DNA of 64,000 bases from Candidatus Omnitrophota bacterium (GCA_043821285.1 JBDRCZ010000051.1:2199-66198), one strand, 5' to 3'. Positions 38,874 to 47,522 are shown, counted from the first letter of the stretch. Notes: generated from the sequence alone by a model not told the origin. Made by a program: numbers and translations.

Positions 38874-40127
38874 ATGCCCGATTTTTTATATCGTGCACGG
38901 GATAGCAGTGGAAACATTGTACAAGGGACACTTAGTGCGCAAAGCCGCGATGATTTAGTTGATATCTTACAGCGCCGTAATTTATTAGTTACCTATATTG
39001 AAGCGCTTACCTCGCCGAAATCAACCGTACAGAAAAAAGAATATATTCGCCAGCGATCAAAAAGCAAATTTCGGATTTCTCTATTTCAACGGGTCAAATT
39101 GGATGATTTGACCCTGTTTGCCCGTCAGCTCTCAACCCTGCTTAATGCGGGTGTGCCCCTGCTGCGCAGTTTGACCATTTTAACAAAACAGGTAGAAAGT
39201 CTGCCCCTGCAGGAGGCAATTTCCGGGGTAAGAAAAGATATCCAGTCTGGTTTTACGCTGCGGGATTCCTTGGCGAAATATCCGCAGATTTTTACTAAGT
39301 TTTGGGTTAATTTAGTAGGTACGGGGGAGGCGAGCGGACAACTGCCTTTGGTGCTTGGGCAGATTGCAGTCTATTTTGAGAATGAAGGCGCTTTACGCCG
39401 TAAAATTATCTCGGCATTGATATATCCGGCAATTCTGATGACTGTGGCGGTGGTTGCAATATTTATCTTTATTATGAAAATTGTTCCTATTTTTGCAGCA
39501 ATGTTTGAGTCTTTTGATGTGGAATTACCTCAAGCAACAAAATTTCTGATAGTTTTGAGCAAGCTATTAGGGGGGTATAATTCTCTTTGGGTTATTGCGT
39601 CTTTAATCATAGGTTTTTTTATTTTAAAAAAGGTTATTTCGACCAAGCACGGCCGGTTTATTTTTGATAGCATTAGATTAAAACTTCCGATTTTTGGGAA
39701 TTTTTTCAGAAATATTGCCATTGCGACTTTTACGCGCGGGTTAGGGACAATGATCTCCAGCGGGGTACCGATATTATATGCCTTAGAGATTGTTACCAGC
39801 ACCGTAGGCAATAGCGTCATCGAGCGTTCGCTGGATGTAGTTAAGGAGAGTGTCCGCGAGGGCAAAACTGTAGCAGAACCATTAGAAGCAAATACGATAT
39901 TTCCGCCGCTGGTAGTACAGATGGTGAATGTTGGCGAAGAGACCGGAAATCTTGCGGATATGTTGATTAAGATTGCGGAGTTTTATGAAGAACGGGTAAC
40001 GGTAGTAACCGAACGGATGGCTTCACTGATTGAACCGATAATGCTGGTATTTATGGGGATCATTATTGGCGCGATGGTTGTTTCGATGTTTTTACCAATA
40101 TTTAAATTAGCTACGTCGGTAAGATAA
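38874..40127 (+). CDS. pilC: Pilus platform protein PilC/GspF
   Basis: F.RQL.TLL.AGVP, GE.SG.L, AL.YP, VGEETG.L, EP, MFLPIF. Confidence 0.95.
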   Translation: MPDFLYRARDSSGNIVQGTLSAQSRDDLVDILQRRNLLVTYIEALTSPKSTVQKKEYIRQRSKSKFRISLFQRVKLDDLTLFARQLSTLLNAGVPLLRSLTILTKQVESLPLQEAISGVRKDIQSGFTLRDSLAKYPQIFTKFWVNLVGTGEASGQLPLVLGQIAVYFENEGALRRKIISALIYPAILMTVAVVAIFIFIMKIVPIFAAMFESFDVELPQATKFLIVLSKLLGGYNSLWVIASLIIGFFILKKVISTKHGRFIFDSIRLKLPIFGNFFRNIAIATFTRGLGTMISSGVPILYALEIVTSTVGNSVIERSLDVVKESVREGKTVAEPLEANTIFPPLVVQMVNVGEETGNLADMLIKIAEFYEERVTVVTERMASLIEPIMLVFMGIIIGAMVVSMFLPIFKLATSVR

Positions 40128-40132
40128 GAAAC

Positions 40133-40195
40133 AAATCTCTCCCTCCGCTTGCGGAGGGGGAGATTTATACACGGAAAATGCAGCACATTTTCCGG
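40133..40195 (+). repeat. Family B element
   Basis: AAATCTCTCCCTCCGCTTGCGGAGGGGGAGATTT-ATACACGGAAAATGCAGCACATTTTCCGG. Confidence 0.75.
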
Positions 40196-40210
40196 AGGTT
40201 ATGCCTTTTT

Positions 40211-40298
40211 CACAAAGGGGAAAGAATAAGATTGCACCATAACTGTTTTGTTCTTAAGCCGTTCTGTGTCCGCGGTGGTTAAGTATTTGACAAAATGC
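40211..40298 (+). mobile_element. Degenerate partial copy of the 26795-26919 MITE
   Basis: Collinear match CAC..AGGGG...TAAGATT.CAC...TGTTTT.TTCT.AAG...CTGTGTCC...GTGGTTAAGTAT.TGACA. Confidence 0.6.
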
Positions 40299-40320
40299 TG
40301 GATTAATACAGGGGGATGAT

Positions 40321-40710
40321 ATGAGAAAGACAGCATTTACCTTAATTGAGGTAATGATTACAATCATAATCGTCGCGATTTTAGCGACACTTGCTGTGCC
40401 AACATATATGAAGATGGCAGAGCGGGCAAAAAGACGTGAGGCAATTGCTACTTTAAACACAATATTTGCCGCGGAGAGGGTCTATTGTACAGAGAGAAGG
40501 ACGTATATTGATGCTGCTGCTGCCGCTGAGTGGGCGGCATTAAATATGGATGATCCTAATGCCAACCCGCAAAGTAATTTTGGCTATACAATTAGTGGTG
40601 CAACAACAACTACTTTTAACGCTACGGCGACGAGAAACTCCGGTACTTATTCGGGTAATACAGTAACTATTGACCAAACAGGTAACCTCGGAGGGACATT
40701 TAACCCCTAA
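40321..40710 (+). CDS. Type IV pilin (PilE/PilA-like)
   Basis: MRKTA/FTLIEVMITIIIVAILA prepilin motif with Ala at -1. Confidence 0.9.
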   Translation: MRKTAFTLIEVMITIIIVAILATLAVPTYMKMAERAKRREAIATLNTIFAAERVYCTERRTYIDAAAAAEWAALNMDDPNANPQSNFGYTISGATTTTFNATATRNSGTYSGNTVTIDQTGNLGGTFNP

Positions 40711-40711
40711 T

Positions 40712-40847
40712 TAAACTTAATTATTCCCGGCAGCTAGAGGGTAAAAAGGTTTTGGTTCTTTCTTATCTGGGTTGTAAGAAGTGATGTAAAGTTTGAAAAC
40801 CGTAGGTTTTTAAATGGATAAAAAGATTCCAAAGGAATTTTTTTATT
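40712..40847 (+). repeat. Family A sub-modules between the convergent pilin and lpxB genes
   Basis: AAACTT.ATTATTCCC...AAGTTTGAAAACC-GTA-GGTTTTTAAATGGATAAAAA.ATTCC..GGAATTTTTTTAT. Confidence 0.7.
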
Positions 40848-41976
40848 AGGCAAGATAACTGATAATTATCTCGGCGGCGCGTTCTGAGGCATTATGCGGC
40901 AGAAAATTTTCTTTAAGCAGTCTTAGTTTTTCACGGATATCCGCTCTATTGTTCTCCCGATGTAAAAGCTTAAGTGCATGGTGAGAAATCGTTTTTGGAT
41001 TTGCCTGAAACTGGATAAGTTCAGAAACTACCTTTTCATTGGCAATAATATTTACCATACCAATAAATTTTACCTTAATCAAGAGTTTTAAAATCAGCCA
41101 GGTAAGGAGGGTTGTTTTATATACAATAATCATTGGTACTTCCATGAGTGCAAGTTCTACGGTTGCGGTTCCGGAGCAGGCTAAAACTAACTCACACCCC
41201 TTAACCGCGGCATAGTGTTCGGTTTCAATAATCGTAATATTTATTTTATATCTTTTAATTAATTGTCTGATTATGTCCAGTTCAATCGTTTCAGCCTTGA
41301 TCAGTACAAATTGGACTTCCGGGATTTTATTTTTAATCAGTGCGGCGCTATTAAGGAGGAGGGGAAGGATTTTTTTAATTTCATTTAGGCGTGAGCCGGG
41401 CATAAGGCCAATAGTATGTTTATTTTCGTAGAGACGGTAGCGCGCAAAAAGCGCCGGCTGGCTGCACTCTAAATGGATTAATTCGAGTAAGGGATGCCCG
41501 AGGTAGATTACCTCAATGCCGTGTGATTTATAAAATTTTTTTTCGAACTCAAAAATTACGAGCATCTGGGTAACATAACGTTTAATTAAACTCAGGCGAT
41601 TTTTACCCCAGGCCCAGAGCTGCGGGCTGATATAGTAAATTACTGGGATGCTTTTATTAATCTTTTTTGCCAACCGCAGGTTAAACCCGGGAAAATCAAT
41701 CAGGACTAGAGCCGCGGGGTGATGGGTTCTGATAAAGGAAAGGATTAGTTTAAAGGCTGATTTAAATTTTTGAATATTTTTTAATACTTCGAAAAATCCG
41801 ATCACGGCAAATTGGGAAATATCGCAGATAATCTCAGCCCCGGCCTGTTGCATTAATTTACCACCCATAGCAAATATGCCAAGCGACGGCTGTTGCTGTT
41901 TCAGAGATTTTACCAGTTGTGCGCCGTAGAGGTCACCAGAGGCTTCTCCAGCAATGATCAGAATTTTTTTTGGCAT
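40846..41976 (-). CDS. lpxB: Lipid-A-disaccharide synthase
   Basis: AGEASGD, IDFPGFNL, YYISPQLWAW, GHPL, PGSR..E, SGTAT.E. Confidence 0.97.
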   Translation of the reverse strand: MPKKILIIAGEASGDLYGAQLVKSLKQQQPSLGIFAMGGKLMQQAGAEIICDISQFAVIGFFEVLKNIQKFKSAFKLILSFIRTHHPAALVLIDFPGFNLRLAKKINKSIPVIYYISPQLWAWGKNRLSLIKRYVTQMLVIFEFEKKFYKSHGIEVIYLGHPLLELIHLECSQPALFARYRLYENKHTIGLMPGSRLNEIKKILPLLLNSAALIKNKIPEVQFVLIKAETIELDIIRQLIKRYKINITIIETEHYAAVKGCELVLACSGTATVELALMEVPMIIVYKTTLLTWLILKLLIKVKFIGMVNIIANEKVVSELIQFQANPKTISHHALKLLHRENNRADIREKLRLLKENFLPHNASERAAEIIISYLA

Positions 41977-42064
41977 AGGATTATATATTTTTTAGCCACG
42001 GATTTACACAGATATTGCACGAATTTTTAAAAAACAATTTTGCTTCCTTAAATAAGCTTATTCC

Positions 42065-43036
42065 TCATGTCGGATACGACTTAGGCCTATCCGTGTATAA
42101 ATTCCCCCTCTGCTTGCGGGAGGGGGAATTTATTTTTCTGGTGATTTTCAGGGCAATCTTTAATGCCTCTAAGGCTTCACGGCCCGAGACCATTGGCGGT
42201 TTTTTTGTTTTTATCGAATTAATAAAAGACAAAAGCTCGGCTTTTAGGGGATTTTCTTTTTTTATATTTAGTTTTTGTTTATAGATCATATGATTAATTT
42301 TTCGATAGATTACTGCCTGCTGGCTGACATAATCAAGTGAGATATATGCGTCTTGGGTAAATATTCTAATTTTGCGCATTGTTTCCTGGGTCAGGCGGCT
42401 GGCGGTGAGGTTACAGATAGTGTTGTTTTCAAAGACCACCCGGGCATTAGCAATGTCTTCCTGATTAGTCAGTACGTTTACGCCCACGGCTGCGATATTT
42501 TTAATCCTTGATTTTATCAACCCGAGGATAATATCAATATCATGGATCATTAAATCCAGCACCACGCCAATATCTTTTACCCGCGGGTCAAAAGGGCCGA
42601 GGCGGTGACATTCAATAAAGCGCGGGGCAGAGATCATTGATTGGACTGCCTGAAAGGCCGAATTGAACCGTTCGATATGTCCGACCTGCAGGATGCACCC
42701 ATTTCGCTGGGCAAGAGCAAGCAGTGCGGCGGCATGGGTTACGGTTTTTGTAATCGGTTTTTCTACCAGCACATGTATTTTTCGGCGCAGGAATTCTTTG
42801 GCAATTTTATAATGCCAGATTGTCGGTACGGCAATGCTTACTGCATCCACCTTCTCAAACATCTGAGTAAAATTAAGGAAGGGGGTGCAATTTGTTTCGC
42901 GGGCGGCCTTTTTTGCCTTTTGCGGCAAGATATCACATACCCCGGTAAGGTTAACCGCCGGGATATGTTTATAATTGTGGGCATGAAAATATCCCACCCG
43001 TCCAACACCAATAACACCGACTTTTATTTTTTTCAT
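42065..43036 (-). CDS. gnnA: Gfo/Idh/MocA oxidoreductase, probable UDP-GlcNAc 3-dehydrogenase GnnA
   Basis: GVIGVG..G..H, VPT..H, LVEKP, QVGHIERFN, VVLDLMIHDID, DIANAR. Cotranscribed with lpxB. Start set at MKKIKVG. Confidence 0.75.
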   Translation of the reverse strand: MKKIKVGVIGVGRVGYFHAHNYKHIPAVNLTGVCDILPQKAKKAARETNCTPFLNFTQMFEKVDAVSIAVPTIWHYKIAKEFLRRKIHVLVEKPITKTVTHAAALLALAQRNGCILQVGHIERFNSAFQAVQSMISAPRFIECHRLGPFDPRVKDIGVVLDLMIHDIDIILGLIKSRIKNIAAVGVNVLTNQEDIANARVVFENNTICNLTASRLTQETMRKIRIFTQDAYISLDYVSQQAVIYRKINHMIYKQKLNIKKENPLKAELLSFINSIKTKKPPMVSGREALEALKIALKITRKINSPSRKQRGNLYTDRPKSYPT

Positions 43037-43055
43037 CGTTATTTTCTTTTTGATT

Positions 43056-43084
43056 ACTGTAACATAGACAAATATTTTTGTCAA
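43056..43084 (-). promoter_or_regulatory. Sigma70-type promoter for gnnA-lpxB
   Basis: Minus strand TTGACA-17 nt-TACAGT with extended -10 TG. Confidence 0.55.
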
Positions 43085-43343
43085 GTCAAACCAGGAGTTA
43101 ATGCCGTCGGCCGGGGAAAAATAAAAATTAAAATTGTTGCACAAAACAGTAAAGGGTTAAAAACTTGACAGGCGTTATAACTTGGGGGCAGATAAAATAA
43201 AAACCTAAAAACTAAAAAAACATTTTCGCACGAAGTTGGTTAGCACACAAGGCATTTTATCCAAATTATCACATTTTGTATCAGATTTAGCAAGTATAAC
43301 ATATTGTAATTACTAATGGTTATAGAAAAGTTTTATAAAAGAC

Positions 43344-43372
43344 TTGACAAAACGTTAAAAATGTGATAAACT
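43344..43372 (+). promoter_or_regulatory. Sigma70-type promoter upstream of the pilin locus
   Basis: TTGACA-17 nt-TAAACT. A second candidate, TTGACA-16 nt-TACAAT, lies at 43474-43501. Confidence 0.55.
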
Positions 43373-43555
43373 TATCTTGGGTATAAAGAGATAAGCGTGG
43401 CGGAAATATATTTTAGAACAAATATCCACTATAATAACTCATAAAATATTCAATTTTAATCCTGAAATTTTACTTGACAAAAAATAATGCTTTATTACAA
43501 TATAATCAACCGGAATAATCATGATTTTTTAATCTAAAACAAGGAGGTGAGCAAG

Positions 43556-43594
43556 GTGAGAAAAAGACTTATCGGCAAAAGGGGGTTTACCTAA
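43556..43594 (+). other. Mini-ORF encoding only a prepilin leader (MRKRLIGKRG/FT*)
   Basis: Strong SD AAGGAGGTGA, GTG start, stop right after GFT. Confidence 0.6.
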
Positions 43595-43780
43595 GGAGAA
43601 CGCTGAGGCGTATTTTTATTACACCAGAGTCTAAGTTTCATGCTATAGATAATACTGGGGCAATAATCAGAAGAGAAGAATATACCGGGAGCGATGTTAG
43701 GCAATGTCTTTTAAGATTATTGAGTTTTATGGTTTTGTTATAATCTATCAGGGAATTGTATAATTTAAAAGGGGGAGATT

Positions 43781-44158
43781 GTGATGAAGTTAGGTACAAA
43801 AAAAGGTTTTACGTTAGTAGAGTTAATGATTGTTGTAATCATCATTGGTATTTTGGTATCGGTGGCATTACCACAATACGCTAGATCAGTCAATCGCGCA
43901 AAGGCAACCGAAGCAACAAGAATACTAGGTCAAATAAAAGAAGCTGAGCAGGTTGTGCTTGATGCAACTGGAGCGTATACCGCTGCATGGGTTACGCTAG
44001 GAATGGATGACCCATCTAATGCAAAGTGGACATACACCATACCAGCGGCAGCTGCGGCTGCTTTTCAAGCTCAAGCTAGTGATGGAACTGATACAGTTAC
44101 GATAGATGAAACTGGGACGCTAGTGGGTACAGGTAAATATACCGGTCTTTTGCAATAA
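43781..44158 (+). CDS. pilA: Type IV pilin, probable major pilin
   Basis: KKG/FTLVELMIVVIIIGIL. Has upstream promoters and a strong terminator. Confidence 0.85.
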   Translation: MMKLGTKKGFTLVELMIVVIIIGILVSVALPQYARSVNRAKATEATRILGQIKEAEQVVLDATGAYTAAWVTLGMDDPSNAKWTYTIPAAAAAAFQAQASDGTDTVTIDETGTLVGTGKYTGLLQ

Positions 44159-44228
44159 GTAAACATGGCATGACTAAGATATTGAAGGAAGATAATACTT
44201 GGACATTGTAAGTGTAAAATGTTTGTCT

Positions 44229-44265
44229 AAAAAGACCCACGGAATTTCATTCCGTGGGTCTTTTT
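44229..44265 (+). terminator. Intrinsic (bidirectional-type) terminator after the pilin
   Basis: AAAAAGACCCACGGAAT-TTC-ATTCCGTGGGTCTTTTT. Confidence 0.85.
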
Positions 44266-44382
44266 ATTATAAAAGTTCTTTTATGGTATAGGAAAGTATA
44301 CCCTTACACCCTTACGGGCACAAGCAAAATATTTTCCTAACCTAGGGAAAATCGCTAAAAACAGCTAAAAACGATTTTCTTG

Positions 44383-44411
44383 TTGCAATTTTTAGGATTA
44401 TAGGGTATACT
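44383..44411 (+). promoter_or_regulatory. Sigma70-type promoter for the ParA-CBM module
   Basis: TTGCAA-17 nt-TATACT. Confidence 0.55.
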
Positions 44412-44491
44412 TTTATTAGTAATAATAATTCCTGCCGGGTAGAAAGAAAGATTAAATAAGTAAACAGAACAACCTAAAAAAGGAAGGTGAT

Positions 44492-45583
44492 ATGCGAGTA
44501 ATTGCTGTTGCTAATCAGAAAGGTGGATGTGGTAAAACAACAGTTGCCATAAACCTTGCCGCAGCTCTTGCCAAAAGAAAAAAACAGGTTCTCTTAATTG
44601 ATTTAGATCCGCAGGCACACGCGACATTAGGACTTAATGTGAAATCCGAGGGATTAGAAGACTCGATGTATAATGTATTGACCGTAGATGAGGCAAAAAA
44701 GAAACGTTTGGATGAGATTGTTGTTTCTTTTAATGAAAATCTTGATTTAGCCCCGGCGACAATTATGCTTAGTGCAATTGAACAGGAATTAAATGCCCGA
44801 GAGGAGCGGCATGCCCGGCTTTCCCAGGCAGTATCTTTGATGGTTAATGCTAAAAATTATGATTATATGATCATTGATTGTCCGCCAAACCTTGGGATGA
44901 TCACCTTTAATGCCTTACATTGCGCGGATGAGGTAATTGTGCCGATTGATATTGGGTTTTTCTCTTTACACGGTGTTGCCAGGCTTATGGAGACAATTAC
45001 CATGCTGCGCGAGACAACCCGGCATAAATTAGCGGTAAGGATTTTGATTAATATGTATGAGCGGCGGACGCGTTTTACCCAGGAAGTAGTTGAAGAGATC
45101 CGCACGCATTTTAAAGAAGCGGTGTTTAATACCCAGATTGTTGCTTCCGTGAGATTGAAGGAAGCAACAGGGTTTGGCCTGCCGGTAATCGAATATGCCA
45201 AAGGGACATCTGTGGCAGAGTCTTTTTTAAATCTTGCCCATGAAGTAATTACCGATGGCGTGGACCAGTCCAGACCGGATTTAGCGGCAAAAGATAAATT
45301 GGCCGGTCCGCGATTTATTGATCAAGGAGTAATGTTTACTTATTATGCGCCAAATGCGCGTTCGATAGAAATTGTCGGTGATTTTAATAACTGGATTGCG
45401 GATAAACAGAGTAAGTTAGAACTAATTTCCGACGGCCTTTGGGCAAGAACATTACCGTTGAACCGGGGCAAATACTTTTACAAATTTCTCGTCGACGGTA
45501 TTTGGAAAAATGATCCGGGAAATTTACATATTGAAAATGATTCATTCGGCGGAGTAAATTCTGTAGTCGAGATACATAAATAA
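44492..45583 (+). CDS. Soj/ParA-family ATPase fused to a C-terminal glycogen-binding (CBM48/AMPK-beta-like) domain
   Basis: NQKGGCGKTT, IDLDPQ, IIDCPP; then V.F...AP.A...IVGDFNNW...W...L..G.Y.YKFLVDG.W..DP.N...D.FGG.NSV. Confidence 0.9.
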   Translation: MRVIAVANQKGGCGKTTVAINLAAALAKRKKQVLLIDLDPQAHATLGLNVKSEGLEDSMYNVLTVDEAKKKRLDEIVVSFNENLDLAPATIMLSAIEQELNAREERHARLSQAVSLMVNAKNYDYMIIDCPPNLGMITFNALHCADEVIVPIDIGFFSLHGVARLMETITMLRETTRHKLAVRILINMYERRTRFTQEVVEEIRTHFKEAVFNTQIVASVRLKEATGFGLPVIEYAKGTSVAESFLNLAHEVITDGVDQSRPDLAAKDKLAGPRFIDQGVMFTYYAPNARSIEIVGDFNNWIADKQSKLELISDGLWARTLPLNRGKYFYKFLVDGIWKNDPGNLHIENDSFGGVNSVVEIHK

Positions 45584-45642
45584 AATTCTCCGCAGCAAAC
45601 TGCGGAGAATTTTATAATCGGAAAATGCTGTGCATTTTCCGG
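45582..45642 (+). repeat. Family B element
   Basis: AAAATTCTCCGCAGCAAACTGCGGAGAATTTT-ATAATCGGAAAATGCTGTGCATTTTCCGG. Confidence 0.75.
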
Positions 45643-45759
45643 AAATTTGAATAACGCAGGAAAAGCACCATTGGATTTAGCAATTATGTGTTTTGAATAC
45701 TACAACGAAACATTGTATCAAAGAAAGGAAACGATAGATAAATAAATCAACCAAAGGGA

Positions 45760-45875
45760 AAGTTTGAACACGAAAGGTTTTCAAATGACAAGCTGAACGA
45801 GCGAATAACATCTAAGTATTAATAAATTACTCGTCCGGTACCCCAGATCTGGTTGATTATAGTTCGTTTAGCTTA
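45760..45875 (+). repeat. Family A sub-module homologous to 2316-2400
   Basis: AAGTTTGAA...TTTTCAAATGAC-AAGCTGAACGAGC...GTTCGTTTAGCTT. Confidence 0.7.
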
Positions 45876-45879
45876 TACA

Positions 45880-46770
45880 ATGGATAAAAAATTAGGAAAA
45901 GGACTAGACCAGCTCTCTCAGGTATTTATTGACACGCAGTCATCTGTGCTTGATTTAAGGCAGGCCGCTCAAGAAAACAGACATAAGGTATCAACCACGC
46001 GGGTAATCTGTATTTTAGGTACCGAAGGGTATATTACCCGTAATGCTTTTCTTACCTGTAACCTTTCCGCAGCACTTTCACGTTTAGGTATGAAAATTGC
46101 TATTTTGGATACAAACAGTTCGCTATCCTGCAGAAATTTTTTTTTCGGAGAAGGCAATATCCCTGGCACCAACTCTGGAGACAAGGAAAAAATTATAAAG
46201 GAAGGTCCTTTAGGGATAAAATTAATACCTTTTACCCTGGATATGACTGGGGCAGGCACTGGTGAATATGCAGAGATATTAAAAGATTTGAAGAATAATC
46301 ATTATGATTTAACACTTATATCTGCTTCAATATCAGATATTAACATTCAGGCGCTGGCTAAGAATATCCAAACCTTTATTTTAATTGCTCCGGCGGCAAC
46401 TCCGGAGATGATTAAGACCTACCAAATAATCAAGGCGATTTATTACCATAATCCGCGTGGAGAAATTGGGCTGGTTGTTGACGGGGCAGAGGAGGAATTT
46501 AAGGCGGATTCTATTTTTGCCAAAATTGCCGAAGTGACCAGCAAATATTTAAATAAAGAGGTGTTAAAGTTTGGCAATCTTTGTTATAAAATGAAGGATT
46601 TGCATTGTGAAAAAAACAGACAAACGAGCCACATTTCGATTTATGACGCAAGACTGCAGGCTTCAATTTCAAATATTGCCCAGATAATTGTCTTGCGGAT
46701 GAATGTTAATAATGGTTCGGCTGAGATGATTTTTTCTTTTGAAGATCTGAGCAAAATTCTTGAAAAATAA
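45880..46770 (+). CDS. FlhG/MinD-like protein with degenerate P-loop and an N-terminal ParB-like LGKGL peptide
   Basis: MDKKLGKGLDQL. ILGTEGYITRNAFLTCNLSAAL..LG.KIAILD replaces the Walker A region. C-terminal half resembles FlhG. Confidence 0.65.
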   Translation: MDKKLGKGLDQLSQVFIDTQSSVLDLRQAAQENRHKVSTTRVICILGTEGYITRNAFLTCNLSAALSRLGMKIAILDTNSSLSCRNFFFGEGNIPGTNSGDKEKIIKEGPLGIKLIPFTLDMTGAGTGEYAEILKDLKNNHYDLTLISASISDINIQALAKNIQTFILIAPAATPEMIKTYQIIKAIYYHNPRGEIGLVVDGAEEEFKADSIFAKIAEVTSKYLNKEVLKFGNLCYKMKDLHCEKNRQTSHISIYDARLQASISNIAQIIVLRMNVNNGSAEMIFSFEDLSKILEK

Positions 46771-46782
46771 GGGAGTGGTTAT

Positions 46783-47364
46783 ATGTCGTTAATATTTAAT
46801 GAGAAAAAAATAAAACAGTCGGAATTGAAAAATATTTTAACCGCTAATATCAGAAATCTCCAGAATAATCTCCGAATTGTTGATTTGGAATGTGACATGG
46901 TGGAAAAAGATACGGTGTTATTTGCGGCGGATGCCCGGGGTCTGGTGGTGATTGCATATTCTACCGCACCAAACAGTATAAAACTTATCCACGGTTTTGC
47001 GGCTGTTGGCTGGCTTAAGAAAAATTTTAAACTCGTCAAAGGTTATTTAAAAGGGCAGGATATTGCCTGCGGTGATCATACCAGATTATGGTATATTTCG
47101 TCCCGGCATAGCGATGAACTAAAGCAGGCAATAGGGTTTATGAATATCCCGGTTACCCTGATAAGTTACAAATATATATATTCTGAAGGGGTAAGCGGCA
47201 TACTCTTTGAACGTTTTGAACTTAATCAGCTTAATGATGTTAAGCCGGAAACAATCGAGGAAGAGCCATCGCTGATAATATCTGCACAAGATCAGGATAG
47301 AGTTAATTTAACATCAGAAGAAGAAGCAGAATTTATAAATTTTGGCAAACTGATAAATCCCTAA
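46783..47364 (+). CDS. Hypothetical protein, possibly a degenerate PD-(D/E)XK-like fold with acidic tail
   Basis: SD GGGAG, 12 nt after the previous stop. Ends LTSEEEAEF. Confidence 0.6.
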   Translation: MSLIFNEKKIKQSELKNILTANIRNLQNNLRIVDLECDMVEKDTVLFAADARGLVVIAYSTAPNSIKLIHGFAAVGWLKKNFKLVKGYLKGQDIACGDHTRLWYISSRHSDELKQAIGFMNIPVTLISYKYIYSEGVSGILFERFELNQLNDVKPETIEEEPSLIISAQDQDRVNLTSEEEAEFINFGKLINP

Positions 47365-47522
47365 CCAAAATTCTAAATCCAAAATCCGAATATCGAAATT
47401 TTAAACTTGATTATTCCCTGCAGCTTGCTGCGGGGAAGATTCAGTAAAATAAAAATTTTCGTCAGCTTAAATTGTTTCGTGCTTTGTGATGAGGAGTTAG
47501 AGTTTATGCTGCTGGGGATTTA

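Noticed and set aside
43373-43780. c-di-GMP riboswitch in the long pilin leader
   Set aside because: A GGCAAA is present, but the paired GCAAAG segment and tetraloop/receptor architecture are not.
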